This document shows, piece after piece, positions 52,062-61,928 of a stretch of DNA of 64,000 bases (positions within the stretch are counted from its first letter, which is position 1; each line of letters starts with the position of its first letter). The translations under genes and the position numbers were made by a program. A model generated the notes under the pieces. The model had not been told where the DNA came from. It searched no databases and saw only the letters and a program-made list of their open reading frames with translations. The stretch is from a virus (lineage: Duplodnaviria; Caudoviricetes): positions 1 through 64,000 of IMG/VR virus record IMGVR_UViG_3300042275_000518; one strand, written 5' to 3'.

Positions 52062-52825
52062 TAAAGTTCTCCTTTGTCTTTCTGATATTGTTTCAAGTCT
52101 CTATATGCAATAGAGGTTCTGTTAAATATTTCCCTTGGTACTTTTTTAATATGTTTTTCTACTACCTCAATTAATTCATCGTAATTTTTATAAGTTCTAG
52201 AAATAATAATATTTGCATACTCTATGAAAGACTCTCTCTCCATTGAAAGAAGTTTCTTGTACTCTGGCGGAGTTATTGTAATAGAATGGTCTAAATAAAT
52301 ATAAGTTGACTCGAGTAAACTATGATTATCTATTGATAAATTTACTTTTAGTCTATACGATAAATCGTATCTATTCATAAACTCATAATGTTCCAAACTA
52401 ACTTCAAACCATATGCTGTCAATTGTAAGCCTTTCGTTATAATTAGGGCTCTCATATTTCTTATATAAATCTCTTATACTAATAGAGACAGACCTAGTTA
52501 AAATTTCGCTTGCTCTATAAGGAATATCTAGTATAGGAATTTTATATTCTTGCAATTTGAAGAACAGTTCCGTTTCTTCCTTCATATTAGTTAGCCAATC
52601 TTGATTTAGTAGAAGATTTCTTAAAAAATCTTTATTAGATGTCTTGCTAAATAATTCAATAAACTCTTCTTCGTTTAATCTAATATTTTTTAATAGTTTG
52701 CTATAATCCTCCCCTGTACTTTCCAAATAGGGAACATAATCAAGTAATTCATCAATTGTAGGAAAATTGTTTCTAAAATATTTTTCCCAATCTACTATAT
52801 TATAATATGCTTTGTCAATCTTCAT
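52061..52825 (-). CDS. Hypothetical protein
   Basis: 254 aa; internal EETELFFKLQ copy of the tag. Confidence 0.55.
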   Translation of the reverse strand: MKIDKAYYNIVDWEKYFRNNFPTIDELLDYVPYLESTGEDYSKLLKNIRLNEEEFIELFSKTSNKDFLRNLLLNQDWLTNMKEETELFFKLQEYKIPILDIPYRASEILTRSVSISIRDLYKKYESPNYNERLTIDSIWFEVSLEHYEFMNRYDLSYRLKVNLSIDNHSLLESTYIYLDHSITITPPEYKKLLSMERESFIEYANIIISRTYKNYDELIEVVEKHIKKVPREIFNRTSIAYRDLKQYQKDKGEL

Positions 52826-53063
52826 AATCTTCTTCCTCCATTACTTCTCGGATATCTAAACCATCTTCTGAATACCATTCACACCATTCGCCATTTTCAT
52901 AAACTTCTAGTCCGCCAGCATTCCAGATAATATCTTCATTGTCAACTTCTGCTTGACCAAAGCCTTTTAAACAACCTTTGGCCTCGTCAATATTTTTCAC
53001 ATCTACACGTTTTTGTTGTCCATTACTTGTCCACCAAACTTGTAAATCTCCTTCTTTTGGCAT
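52815..53063 (-). CDS. P22 gp17-like protein (family usually annotated superinfection exclusion)
   Basis: LQVWW...VKNIDEA...NAGGLEVYENGEWCEWY matches the L.VW..V....E...N..GLE...W..WY pattern as I recall it. Confidence 0.5.
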   Translation of the reverse strand: MPKEGDLQVWWTSNGQQKRVDVKNIDEAKGCLKGFGQAEVDNEDIIWNAGGLEVYENGEWCEWYSEDGLDIREVMEEEDYED

Positions 53064-53074
53064 AAAAATACCTC

Positions 53075-54136
53075 CTATTTCTTAATATTTATTTTCTCAA
53101 TAATTTGAACAGCTCTTGCTACATTGATTTGTTCATGTGACATTGGATCGACAACATACCAGCCTTCTCCTAAGAAATAATCTGTCATTACCTTAACAAA
53201 CTCTGCGTCTGTCATAGGTTTTGGGAAGATATTTTCTTCTGGGTCGTTACTGTACTTATCGAGGACTCTGTCTAAGAATTTTTCTTGTCTTTCTGTTTTC
53301 TTATTCTTTTTTCTCATATTTCCTCCTATATTTCTAGATAAGATTCTGTTATTTCTAATACTTCAATATCTGACAGTTCAGCATTATACCAACTTCTAAG
53401 ATAAGCACTTTCTGCTTTCTTTTTACTCATATAAGTCTTGATAGAAGTATCTCCGATTTCAGAGATCTTTTTAAAAGTATAATTTCTAGCTAACCCACAA
53501 AATATTTCTGTTCTTTCTTTTCGAGTAATAACAAATCGTGCTCTTTCTATTTTTAATTTTTCCATTCTACTTATTTTCATCCACCTTTTCTATTGGTTCT
53601 AAAACTAGATTTGCAATATTTCTTCGTTGTATTTCCTTCTCAATTTTCTCCATAAGTTTTACTAGCTCTTTATCCGTAAGAAATGTAAGAACAGGAGTAT
53701 TTCCACTTTTTAATATATCATAAGCCATTCTAATAAACCCCCAAATAACTTCTAACATCTAAAAATATCCATTTTTTATTCATATACACACTCCTCACTG
53801 TAATTTATTTAGTAAAACGTAATGTTCCTCTGCCTCAGTTGCAATTTCTTCTAACATATCTCTTAGTATTGAAATCTCACCAGGTATAACAACTTCTACC
53901 TGTCTAGTTAGAAATTCTGTTCTCTCAAATGCTTTGCGTCCTTGATATCTCAATAGACATACTTCTTCAAGAGTGCGGTCTGGATAGTCATAGGCATTAG
54001 TTTTATGAGCATTTGCAGCTATGGAAATATTGTTTATTTCATTTCTAGCTGTCCATCTTTGATGCAACAGGTCTTCTATTTCTTTTTTAATACTTTCATA
54101 TTCTTCATTTAATTCTTCCAGTGTTTTGTCACTCAT
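53075..54136 (-). CDS. Four small hypothetical proteins (53075-53317, 53326-53580, 53567-53783 frameshifted at a G5 run, 53795-54136)
   Basis: RBS-preceded ORFs; the RBS-linked ATG at 53783 is out of frame with track ORF 53567-53758. Confidence 0.55.
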
Positions 54137-54178
54137 GTTGCTTCCTCCCTTAAAAAGAAAGGGGAATTAATGATTCCC

Positions 54179-56170
54179 CTAATTATTCAACATTTTTAAT
54201 AAATGTAAACTGTCACACATTGTAAGCATTTCTTCTTCATTTATGATTGGAATGCCCAATTGTTGTGCCTTCAAGTTCTTGCTTGTTCCAGTTGTTTTAT
54301 CATTTGTAATCAAATAGTGTGTATTCTTGCTTACACTTCCAACAACTTTCCCACCAAGACTTTCAATTAAATCAACATAATCGTCTCTCTTTAATGACAA
54401 TGCGCCCGTAATACAGAAGTTCTTTCCGTCTAATGATAATGCATCTGTTTTATCGCTTATATCTCCTTCTTGAAGTTGTAAACCATAATCATCAATAAGA
54501 GTTTGAATCATTTTCTTATGCGCAGGGTCTCTGAAATATTCATATAAAGATGTTGCAATTGTTTCACCAATATCATCCATTTCTAAGAATTCTTCTTTAC
54601 TTGCACCCATGATGAGTTTAAGAGTTCCGAATTGCTTAACAAGGGCTTTACCGACTGTTTTTCCAACATTCCATATTCCCAAACCTGCAATGAATTTTTC
54701 TAATTTTTGTGTTTTAGAATCTTCAATATTTTTCAATAGTCGATCGACTAGCTTTTCACCAACACGTTCTAATTTCAACATTTCTTCTTTATGAGACTTC
54801 AAGTTATACAAGTCTTCAAAGGAACATAGAAATCCTGCGCTGTAAAGTTTCTCAACCATGATTTCTGCAAATCCATCAATTTCCATATCTGTTGTAAACT
54901 TAACAATCTTTCCAACTATTCTTGCTGGACAGTCATCGTTTGTACAATAATAATCTTGATGGTCATCATTTAATTTCTTTAATTTAGTATTACATTCTGG
55001 GCAGAATTGAGGAAAGATAACTTTCGTTCTAGTTTGTCCGTCTCGAATACGCTCTTCAACAACAACATGGTTGATGAACGGAATAATTTCTGCAGCCTTT
55101 TTAATATTGACTTTGTCACCAATCATAATATCTAGGTTCTTCATATACTCTTTATTATTAAGAGTTGCCTTTTGAACTGTTGAGCCAGATAAAAATACAG
55201 GTTGTAAAATTGCAACTGGTGTAATTTTTCCAGTTCTTCCAACCCAGAATTCAACGTCTTTTACAGTTGTAATTGCTGTATCTGGTTCATATTTATATGC
55301 TTTTGCCCAATGCGGAAATTTAGATGTTCCGCCAATTGCTTGCCATAAACCTCTGTGGTTTACTTTAATAACAGCACCATCAATTTCGTATTCAAGGTCT
55401 TTCTTTTTATTTTCAATTGTTAAAATATGGCCCCAAAGAGTTTCGAAATTTGATGCTGTATAATATTGACCAACATTAAATCCAACATTTCTAAGATGTT
55501 CTAAACTATCTTTATGAGTTAGAAATTTACTGTCTTCAAGCCAATAAGTATATGCTCTCAATTTTCTCTCTTTAAATCTTTCAACATCTAATAACTTCAA
55601 AGTTCCAGAAGTAAGATTTCTTGGATTAGCGTATTTTCCATCTGTATTTAATCTCTCAAATTCAGATTTCTCCATAAGAATTTCTCCACGAACTTCACCA
55701 GTGAAATCGCTAGTTCTACTAAGTTGAAGATCTTCGATAAGTTGAAGATTTTGTGTGATATCCTCGCCATATTCTCCATCTCCACGAGTTAAACCACGAA
55801 CTAGTTTTCCATCTTCATAAGTTGCTGAAAATGAAACGCCATCATATTTGTATTCTACGATAACATCTAAAATTCCAAACTCGATACGCATTTTATTAAA
55901 CCATTCTTGCAATTCTTCTTTACTATAAGTATTTTGAAGAGAAAGCATTGGTCTATTATGTTTAAATTTTTCACCCATTGTAGAAATTCCTGGGCGTTTT
56001 GTAATACTGTCGTCTCTGACCCATTCTGGATGGGCTTCTTCGATTTCTTCTAGTTCTTTCAAAAGCATATCAAATTCTCGATCTGAAATCAATGAAATAT
56101 GTTCATTGTAATAGGAATTTGAGTAAGCGATGAGTTTATCTAAAAGTTCGTTGTAATATTGTTGTGTCAT
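54179..56170 (-). CDS. ligA: NAD-dependent DNA ligase
   Basis: PMLSLQN, EYKYDG, TRGDG, EVRGE, NPRN, IDGAVIK, VGRTG, zinc finger, HhH repeats, BRCT. Confidence 0.97.
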   Translation of the reverse strand: MTQQYYNELLDKLIAYSNSYYNEHISLISDREFDMLLKELEEIEEAHPEWVRDDSITKRPGISTMGEKFKHNRPMLSLQNTYSKEELQEWFNKMRIEFGILDVIVEYKYDGVSFSATYEDGKLVRGLTRGDGEYGEDITQNLQLIEDLQLSRTSDFTGEVRGEILMEKSEFERLNTDGKYANPRNLTSGTLKLLDVERFKERKLRAYTYWLEDSKFLTHKDSLEHLRNVGFNVGQYYTASNFETLWGHILTIENKKKDLEYEIDGAVIKVNHRGLWQAIGGTSKFPHWAKAYKYEPDTAITTVKDVEFWVGRTGKITPVAILQPVFLSGSTVQKATLNNKEYMKNLDIMIGDKVNIKKAAEIIPFINHVVVEERIRDGQTRTKVIFPQFCPECNTKLKKLNDDHQDYYCTNDDCPARIVGKIVKFTTDMEIDGFAEIMVEKLYSAGFLCSFEDLYNLKSHKEEMLKLERVGEKLVDRLLKNIEDSKTQKLEKFIAGLGIWNVGKTVGKALVKQFGTLKLIMGASKEEFLEMDDIGETIATSLYEYFRDPAHKKMIQTLIDDYGLQLQEGDISDKTDALSLDGKNFCITGALSLKRDDYVDLIESLGGKVVGSVSKNTHYLITNDKTTGTSKNLKAQQLGIPIINEEEMLTMCDSLHLLKMLNN

Positions 56171-56485
56171 TTATAATCCCATCTCCTCTAGAATTTTATA
56201 AACCATATCTTTATGAGTTTTCATAGCTTCTTCGTCTTTATATACACCCTTTATGCTATCTCCATTAAACCAGATGCTTATGAGAGTTGTATATTCTGAA
56301 GTATTCTCATCTAACATTATAAAATATTTTTGTTTTTGAGGTATTACTACAATCTTAGCGTCAAGTAATTCTGATAATGAGTTTCCTATGTCCTCCATCA
56401 TTTCTCGTTCAGTACTCCAAACTTTTTCCTCAGCCTCTTTAACTCCTCTTTTGGCATCTATTAGTTTCTTAAAATAGTCTTTCAT
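56171..56485 (-). CDS. Hypothetical protein
   Basis: 104 aa coupled ORF. Confidence 0.55.
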   Translation of the reverse strand: MKDYFKKLIDAKRGVKEAEEKVWSTEREMMEDIGNSLSELLDAKIVVIPQKQKYFIMLDENTSEYTTLISIWFNGDSIKGVYKDEEAMKTHKDMVYKILEEMGL

Positions 56486-57063
56486 TATTCCTCTTCCTCT
56501 TTCTTAATTTTTCCATTCCATCCATATTGAGCTAAAAGATAAAGTAGTTCACTTTCAACAAAGTCTTTATCCAACCACTCTTCAACTTCTATTTGAAGAT
56601 TTAGTTCAATATTTTTTGTTTCATTTGAAATTTCTCCTAGTTCTAAATTTCTATTTTTAATAGTATCTTCCAATATTGGAATTGCATCCATAAAATATAA
56701 ATCATACTTTCTAAAAGCCGAATCTATTGTTTGGAACATACATCTTCCTTTGTGAAAGAATAATTCTCTTCCTTCAAGAAATTCATCTAAATATTTTTCT
56801 AACTCATCAGCTTTAATTGAAACTGTTGTTATTGCAAAAAGATCTCCTTTTCGAATAATTTGTCTTTTTACACCATCATCTTCAATATCAATTACTGGTT
56901 TATCAATTAAAAATTTTTTCAATTCATAATAAGTATCTTGAAACATTTTTCTTCCAAATTTTGTTTTTAGTAGTGTAGATGAATTTTTAAGATCTAATAC
57001 AAATAATGTATACAGACCGCTTTGTTCTTTTTGAACTTTTTTATAAACCTCTTCTATCGTCAT
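56485..57063 (-). CDS. Class III nucleotidyl cyclase / SatD-like palm-domain protein
   Basis: FVLDLKNSS and IIRKGDLFAI motifs. Confidence 0.45.
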   Translation of the reverse strand: MTIEEVYKKVQKEQSGLYTLFVLDLKNSSTLLKTKFGRKMFQDTYYELKKFLIDKPVIDIEDDGVKRQIIRKGDLFAITTVSIKADELEKYLDEFLEGRELFFHKGRCMFQTIDSAFRKYDLYFMDAIPILEDTIKNRNLELGEISNETKNIELNLQIEVEEWLDKDFVESELLYLLAQYGWNGKIKKEEEE

Positions 57064-57292
57064 TATCTTTCACCAGCCTTGGGCAATTAGTCTCTGTTGC
57101 AATTTCCCAATCATCCTCTGCAATATTAGAAAGTGTAAAAATAATATCATTCGTATCTTGAAGGTCTAAGTTATCTCCTTCTTTAAGATGAATAATAACT
57201 TTCTCTTCTTCTTTGATCCAATATCCTTCCCAATATTTTCTTTTGATAGGAAGACCTTGTCGTAAATATTTTAAAGCTTCTTTAAAATTCAT
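57041..57292 (-). CDS. DUF2829 / Tad2-like protein
   Basis: MNFKEALKYLRQGLPIKRKYWEG...IAEDDWEI; start moved to ATG after GAGGAGG. Confidence 0.6.
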   Translation of the reverse strand: MNFKEALKYLRQGLPIKRKYWEGYWIKEEEKVIIHLKEGDNLDLQDTNDIIFTLSNIAEDDWEIATETNCPRLVKDNDDRRGL

Positions 57293-57434
57293 ATTAATCC
57301 TCCTCTGGATCTTTCTTTTTAAGTTCAATTTTTTTATGTGATTTCTTTCTCATTTCATAAAAAGTATCGACTTGTTCTTGTGTAGGTTGTTCCATTTTTT
57401 CAGCCCATTCCTCCCAGAATTCCTGCGCTGTTTG

Positions 57435-57695
57435 CTACTGTTCTTCTTCAATATTTTCTTCTGTGTTTTTATTTTTATCCTGTAATATAGCCAAAAGAAT
57501 AAATATTGGCCATCCAATAGCAAATAATACTAGTGCTTTCTTAATAGCCGTTTCTGACATCATTCTTGGTGAGACATCTAACTTCTCCCTGATTTCTTCA
57601 TCATTTAGTGCTTTCCAAATAGTTAATGATATCAAAGCCCCAATCGTTAAATAAATAATTCCAATAATAATTAAAACTTGTTGTGTTGCATCCAT
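57435..57695 (-). CDS. Two-TM membrane protein
   Basis: Two hydrophobic helices (YLTIG, GWPIF); early promoter at 57741-57749. Confidence 0.65.
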   Translation of the reverse strand: MDATQQVLIIIGIIYLTIGALISLTIWKALNDEEIREKLDVSPRMMSETAIKKALVLFAIGWPIFILLAILQDKNKNTEENIEEEQ

Positions 57696-57907
57696 TTTAT
57701 TCCTCCTTTTATTTTATCAACATCTACATATACTCAATCTTATAATATATAATCAATACAATTTTTAGATTTTAAGATTAATTTTTTCTAATTATTTTTA
57801 AAAGAAAAAAAATTTTAGTTTAAACATAGAACAAAAAATTATAGGATATCAAGTAATAACACCATTTCCTATATATAAATCTAAAAATTAAAGGAGGTAT
57901 AAGAAGC

Positions 57908-58120
57908 ATGATGACATTATCGAGAGATTATGGTAAACAATATGCCCAACTCAAACGCAGAATTAGCGCCTTACGTATAAAGCTTCTTTATGCCGCTATG
58001 ACTGACACGACTTTATTGTATGCAGAGATACTAGACAACTTGGCAAAAGAGCTTGATATACTATATTCAGATGGACGATATTTTGACGAAATTGAGAAAA
58101 AAATTGAAGAACTAGAATAA
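57908..58120 (+). CDS. Hypothetical 70-aa protein, lone plus-strand gene in this block
   Basis: AAGGAGG RBS, late promoter at 57830-57841, terminator at 58119-58150. Confidence 0.7.
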   Translation: MMTLSRDYGKQYAQLKRRISALRIKLLYAAMTDTTLLYAEILDNLAKELDILYSDGRYFDEIEKKIEELE

Positions 58121-58152
58121 AAAAAAGATAACCTTTTGGGTTATCTTTTTAT

Positions 58153-58338
58153 ATTATCACACATTATAAAATTGAACAGCAGCCGAATGCAATTCGATTC
58201 CGATTAGTAGTCCCCTTTTTATTCGATAGAAAAAGGGGCTACTTTTGGACCGATTGATGTCGGCTGAGGCTCCATTTATAAAAACTGAAATTTATTACAA
58301 TATTAATCTAGCGAAACACTAGAAATTTCTGTGATAAT
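58153..58338 (-). ncRNA. Retron-like (msr-msd) unit 4
   Basis: ATTATCACA-G...G-TGTGATAAT terminal IR; TCTAGTG-TTT-CGCTAGA hairpin; about 120-nt imperfect hairpin (CAGCCGA/TCGGCTG, AGTAG-CCCCTTTTT/AAAAAGGGG-A-CTACT). Confidence 0.6.
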
Positions 58339-58430
58339 TTTTAAATTTTATTCATCTTCAAGAAGTTCTTCTTCGGTCATTTCACTAATGCGTTTTATTT
58401 CGTCTATAGTTTTCCTTTCTTGTTACTTTC

Positions 58431-58919
58431 TTAAAAATTCAATTTAAACCACAATTCAAAATCCTCATCGTCCATGTCAATTGTTTGATAGAATAACGGA
58501 AATCTGTTTTTCATGGTTTCATAAGACATTGGGTCTCTGTATATTGATAAATCTAGTATAACAAAGTTGTCTTCTTCTACATTCATTATCAAGGATCTAA
58601 ACCTTTCATTTAAGGTTCTAATAGCATGTTTTGTAAGTCTTAAAGTTCCATCGTTGATGATTATTTTAAACTTATGACCATTATATATATTGCTAACTTC
58701 TATTTTGCTATTATCTCCTATAACGTTTTTAAGAGCCGCAATATAAACACGTTTTAGGTGAGATTTTATATCTAGGCTTCTTATTTCTTGTCGGATTTTT
58801 TCCATTTCTTTTTCAAAGTCATTATGAACTTTGTGAAGTTCTTGAAGGAAATTGACATCATTTTCACAGTATTGAGATAACACTGGTTCAACTATTTTTT
58901 CCTTTTTAAATGGCCACAT
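58431..58919 (-). CDS. Hypothetical protein with C-terminal MDDEDFELWFKLNF tag
   Basis: 162 aa, GGAGG RBS. Confidence 0.65.
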   Translation of the reverse strand: MWPFKKEKIVEPVLSQYCENDVNFLQELHKVHNDFEKEMEKIRQEIRSLDIKSHLKRVYIAALKNVIGDNSKIEVSNIYNGHKFKIIINDGTLRLTKHAIRTLNERFRSLIMNVEEDNFVILDLSIYRDPMSYETMKNRFPLFYQTIDMDDEDFELWFKLNF

Positions 58920-58962
58920 ATAATTCCTCCCTTAAAATAAAGAGAACCCTAAGGTTCTCTTA

Positions 58963-60996
58963 TTATTGTTCAAATGTTGCTTTGTATTCTTCTTCGCTAT
59001 AAGGTGTCTTACATTTTGGAAAATTATTACAAGCATAAAATGCTGAGCCCGCAGATTTTCCAGTTTTAGCAATCTTTTTAACGATTTTACCTTTTTTGCA
59101 TACAGGACATGTTGGAGCAGTTTTTAGTTGCTCTTCACGCTCTGCTTTTGCTTGTTTTTGTTCATCTGTCATAATTGCTTCTGTAAATTTACAGTGTGGA
59201 TATTTAGAACATGCTTTGAACTTTCCGTATTTACTTTGCCTAATCAATAAAGGCGCTCCACATTTTGGACAGACTTCATCTGTTTCCTCAGCAAAATTAT
59301 TCCCTTTAAACTCACGATTAGCTTTTAATACTAGTGGATTAAATTCTTCATAGAATTTTTTAAGCTCAGCAAGTTTTTCAACTTCACCATCTGCAATTTT
59401 ATCAAGCTTTGTTTCAAGCTCAGCTGTATATTGCACATTTAAAACAGAGTCATTAAAATACTGTTCAAGCATATTGATTAACTCAATTCCTTTATCTTGT
59501 GCAACAAGTGTCTTACCTTCTTTTATAGTATACTCACGGTCTGTCAAAGTGTTCATAATACTTGCATAAGTGGAAGGTCGTCCAATTCCGAGCTTTTCTA
59601 ACGTTTTAACTAAACCAGCTTCTGTATATCGTTTAGGCGGTTGTGTTTCTTTCTTTTCAAATTCAAGTGGTTTTGCATTTATAACTTCTTGCAATTTAAA
59701 CGCAGGAAGTATTTGATAACCTTTGTCATCTTCATTATATTCTTGATAAACTGCAAAGAATCCATCGAATACAATTTCGTTTCCAGAAATTCCAAATTTG
59801 TGCTTACCATTCTTGATTAGAACTTTTGTATCTTTAACCTGAGCATCAACCATAAGCGCTGCAAGTGTTCTTGCATATATAAGTTGATATACTTTATATT
59901 GCTCATTTGATAGAAAAGGTTTAACATCATCTGGTGTAAGTTCTAAATGTGTGGGACGAATTCCCTCATGAGCATTTTGTGCATTATCTGCAACTGCACC
60001 ATTAACTTTACCAGTGAAATATTTCTTTCCATAATCTTTTTCAATCTTCGTCTTGCACTCTTTAATAAAATCATCTGAAAGACGTATGCTGTCAGTTCTC
60101 ATATAAGTAATTAAACCATAATGAGTTCCTTTAACAACCATTCCCTCATATAATTCCTGAGCAATTTTCATTGATTTTTTCGGATTATAATTTAATTTAG
60201 CCGACATTTCTTGTTGAAAGCTTGAAGTTGTATAAGGCGGATTCGCTTTAATTTTACGAGTTTTTTGATTAATATCATCAACGATATAATCTTTGCCTTC
60301 ACAATCTTTAATAACTTTGTCAACTTGTTTTTGAGTTGATAATCTCTTTTCAACTTTTGTTCCTGAACCTTCATATTGAGCTTCGTAATTCTTTCTACTC
60401 TTAGTGAAGGGTAAGAAGATTTCAAAGTATGTTTCAGGTTTAAAAGCACGGACTTCTTTCTCTTTGTCAACTAAAATTTTAAGTGCTGCACTCTGAACTC
60501 GACCTGCAGATTTTGCATTTAACTTAGATAGTGCAAGTCCAGATAGTCTGAAACCAGCAATTCTGTCAATAAATCGTCTTGTTTCCTGACTCTCAACCAT
60601 TTTTTCATCAATATCTCTTGGATTTTGCAAGGCTGCAAGTACTGCTTTTTTTGTAATCTCATTAAAAGTAATTCGTTTTAATTTTTTTGCAGGAATTGAT
60701 AAAACACGTTTAAGAGATTCTGCGATTGCTTCACCTTCTCTATCTCCATCCATGGCTAAAATAACTTCCTCAGCTTTTTTTACAGATTCTTTTAATTTTT
60801 TTACAACGTCTTTTTTCTTTGGATCTATTTTATAACTAGGTTTGAAATCATTTTCGATATCTAATCCTAAATTGTATTTACCTTTTTTTTCTAAAATTTC
60901 AACATGCCCAATAGATGCCATTATTTGATATTCGGGGCCTAAGAATGATTTAATTGTTGAAATTTTCCCTGGTGATTCTAAAATTATAAGTTTCAT
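58963..60996 (-). CDS. topA: DNA topoisomerase IA
   Basis: ILESPGK, ASIGH, DGDREGEAI, SAGRVQS, ITYMRTDS, AHEGIRPT, GIGRPSTY, C4 zinc ribbons. Confidence 0.97.
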   Translation of the reverse strand: MKLIILESPGKISTIKSFLGPEYQIMASIGHVEILEKKGKYNLGLDIENDFKPSYKIDPKKKDVVKKLKESVKKAEEVILAMDGDREGEAIAESLKRVLSIPAKKLKRITFNEITKKAVLAALQNPRDIDEKMVESQETRRFIDRIAGFRLSGLALSKLNAKSAGRVQSAALKILVDKEKEVRAFKPETYFEIFLPFTKSRKNYEAQYEGSGTKVEKRLSTQKQVDKVIKDCEGKDYIVDDINQKTRKIKANPPYTTSSFQQEMSAKLNYNPKKSMKIAQELYEGMVVKGTHYGLITYMRTDSIRLSDDFIKECKTKIEKDYGKKYFTGKVNGAVADNAQNAHEGIRPTHLELTPDDVKPFLSNEQYKVYQLIYARTLAALMVDAQVKDTKVLIKNGKHKFGISGNEIVFDGFFAVYQEYNEDDKGYQILPAFKLQEVINAKPLEFEKKETQPPKRYTEAGLVKTLEKLGIGRPSTYASIMNTLTDREYTIKEGKTLVAQDKGIELINMLEQYFNDSVLNVQYTAELETKLDKIADGEVEKLAELKKFYEEFNPLVLKANREFKGNNFAEETDEVCPKCGAPLLIRQSKYGKFKACSKYPHCKFTEAIMTDEQKQAKAEREEQLKTAPTCPVCKKGKIVKKIAKTGKSAGSAFYACNNFPKCKTPYSEEEYKATFEQ

Positions 60997-61928
60997 TCTA
61001 TCAACTCTTTCTGTAATATCTTTTCGATATTATCATAATCTGTATATTTTATTCTTATTAATTTTATATTATTTTCTTTACATAGTTTATCTTTATATTT
61101 ATCTCTTTTTTGCTGATTTTTAAATTTTTGAATTGATCTTTTTGAATTAGAAAAAGATTCAAAATGTAAACGACCATCATATTCAATAAATAGATAATCA
61201 TTAATTTTAAAGTCAAAGGTTATATATTTAAATTTTTTATCTATTTCTCCATCATATCTAAAATTAAAATCAAAATCTATTTTATTAGAATTTAAAAATC
61301 TCATTATACGAGACTCACCCTTTGAAATCTTATTTGAGCATTGCGGGCATCTATTAGGTTTGTGCTTTTTTAAAAAATCTACAGGTCTAACATAATATTC
61401 ATTCTTGCATATATTATGCCTATGAAGAATAGGTACGTTAGCGTTTATATAATCTTCTAAAACTGAGTATTCATCTTTAACTAAATTATATATTTCACTT
61501 TTATATTCTTTTGTAGATTTTAATTTAGTACCATAGCATTTTGGACACCTTCTTCCTCTTATAAAAGAATCTGGTCTGACCTTGTATTCATGACCACAGG
61601 TATTATGCCTATGAAGAATTTTCACTTTATTTGTTTTATAAAAACTAGATAATACTGTATATTCATCTTTAACTAAATTATAAACATCTTGTTTATAATT
61701 TTTTAATGTTTTAGTTCTCTTTTTTATTTCTTCTTTTTTTGAACATTTTGGGCATCTCTGTCCATTTAAAAAATTATTAGGTCTTTTTTTGAATTCGTAA
61801 CCACATATATTATGTCTATGAAGAATAGGTGTATTAGTGTTTATATAATCTTCTAAAACTGTATATTTTCCTTTAGTTATTATTTTTATTCTTACCTTAT
61901 ATTCTTCAGTTGTTAATCTTTTTGGCAT
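60993..61928 (-). CDS. Free-standing zinc-ribbon-repeat + DUF559-like homing endonuclease
   Basis: Three ILHRHN.C...RCP.C repeats; SKGE, FDF, IEYDGRLHF, LIRIKY; same family as the intron 2 ORF; late promoter at 61959-61970. Confidence 0.8.
   Translation of the reverse strand: MPKRLTTEEYKVRIKIITKGKYTVLEDYINTNTPILHRHNICGYEFKKRPNNFLNGQRCPKCSKKEEIKKRTKTLKNYKQDVYNLVKDEYTVLSSFYKTNKVKILHRHNTCGHEYKVRPDSFIRGRRCPKCYGTKLKSTKEYKSEIYNLVKDEYSVLEDYINANVPILHRHNICKNEYYVRPVDFLKKHKPNRCPQCSNKISKGESRIMRFLNSNKIDFDFNFRYDGEIDKKFKYITFDFKINDYLFIEYDGRLHFESFSNSKRSIQKFKNQQKRDKYKDKLCKENNIKLIRIKYTDYDNIEKILQKELIE

Noticed and set aside
5986-57437. Genome-wide TAG recoding
   Set aside because: Many genes end in TAG directly before the next RBS, including tag-bearing genes whose counterparts end in TAA at the same position; only one suspicious TAG (57435).
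58348-58420. Small ORF IDEIKRISEMTEEELLEDE after a GAAAGGA RBS
   Set aside because: Starts with ATA and is only 19 codons; probably a gene remnant.
4565-60470. Short antisense or alternate-frame track ORFs nested in long genes (e.g. 4565, 5222, 9740, 14848, 18060, 23021, 30947, 34246, 39084, 54609, 59096, 60192)
   Set aside because: No RBS, Ser/Phe/Ile-rich shadow composition, fully overlapping well-supported genes.
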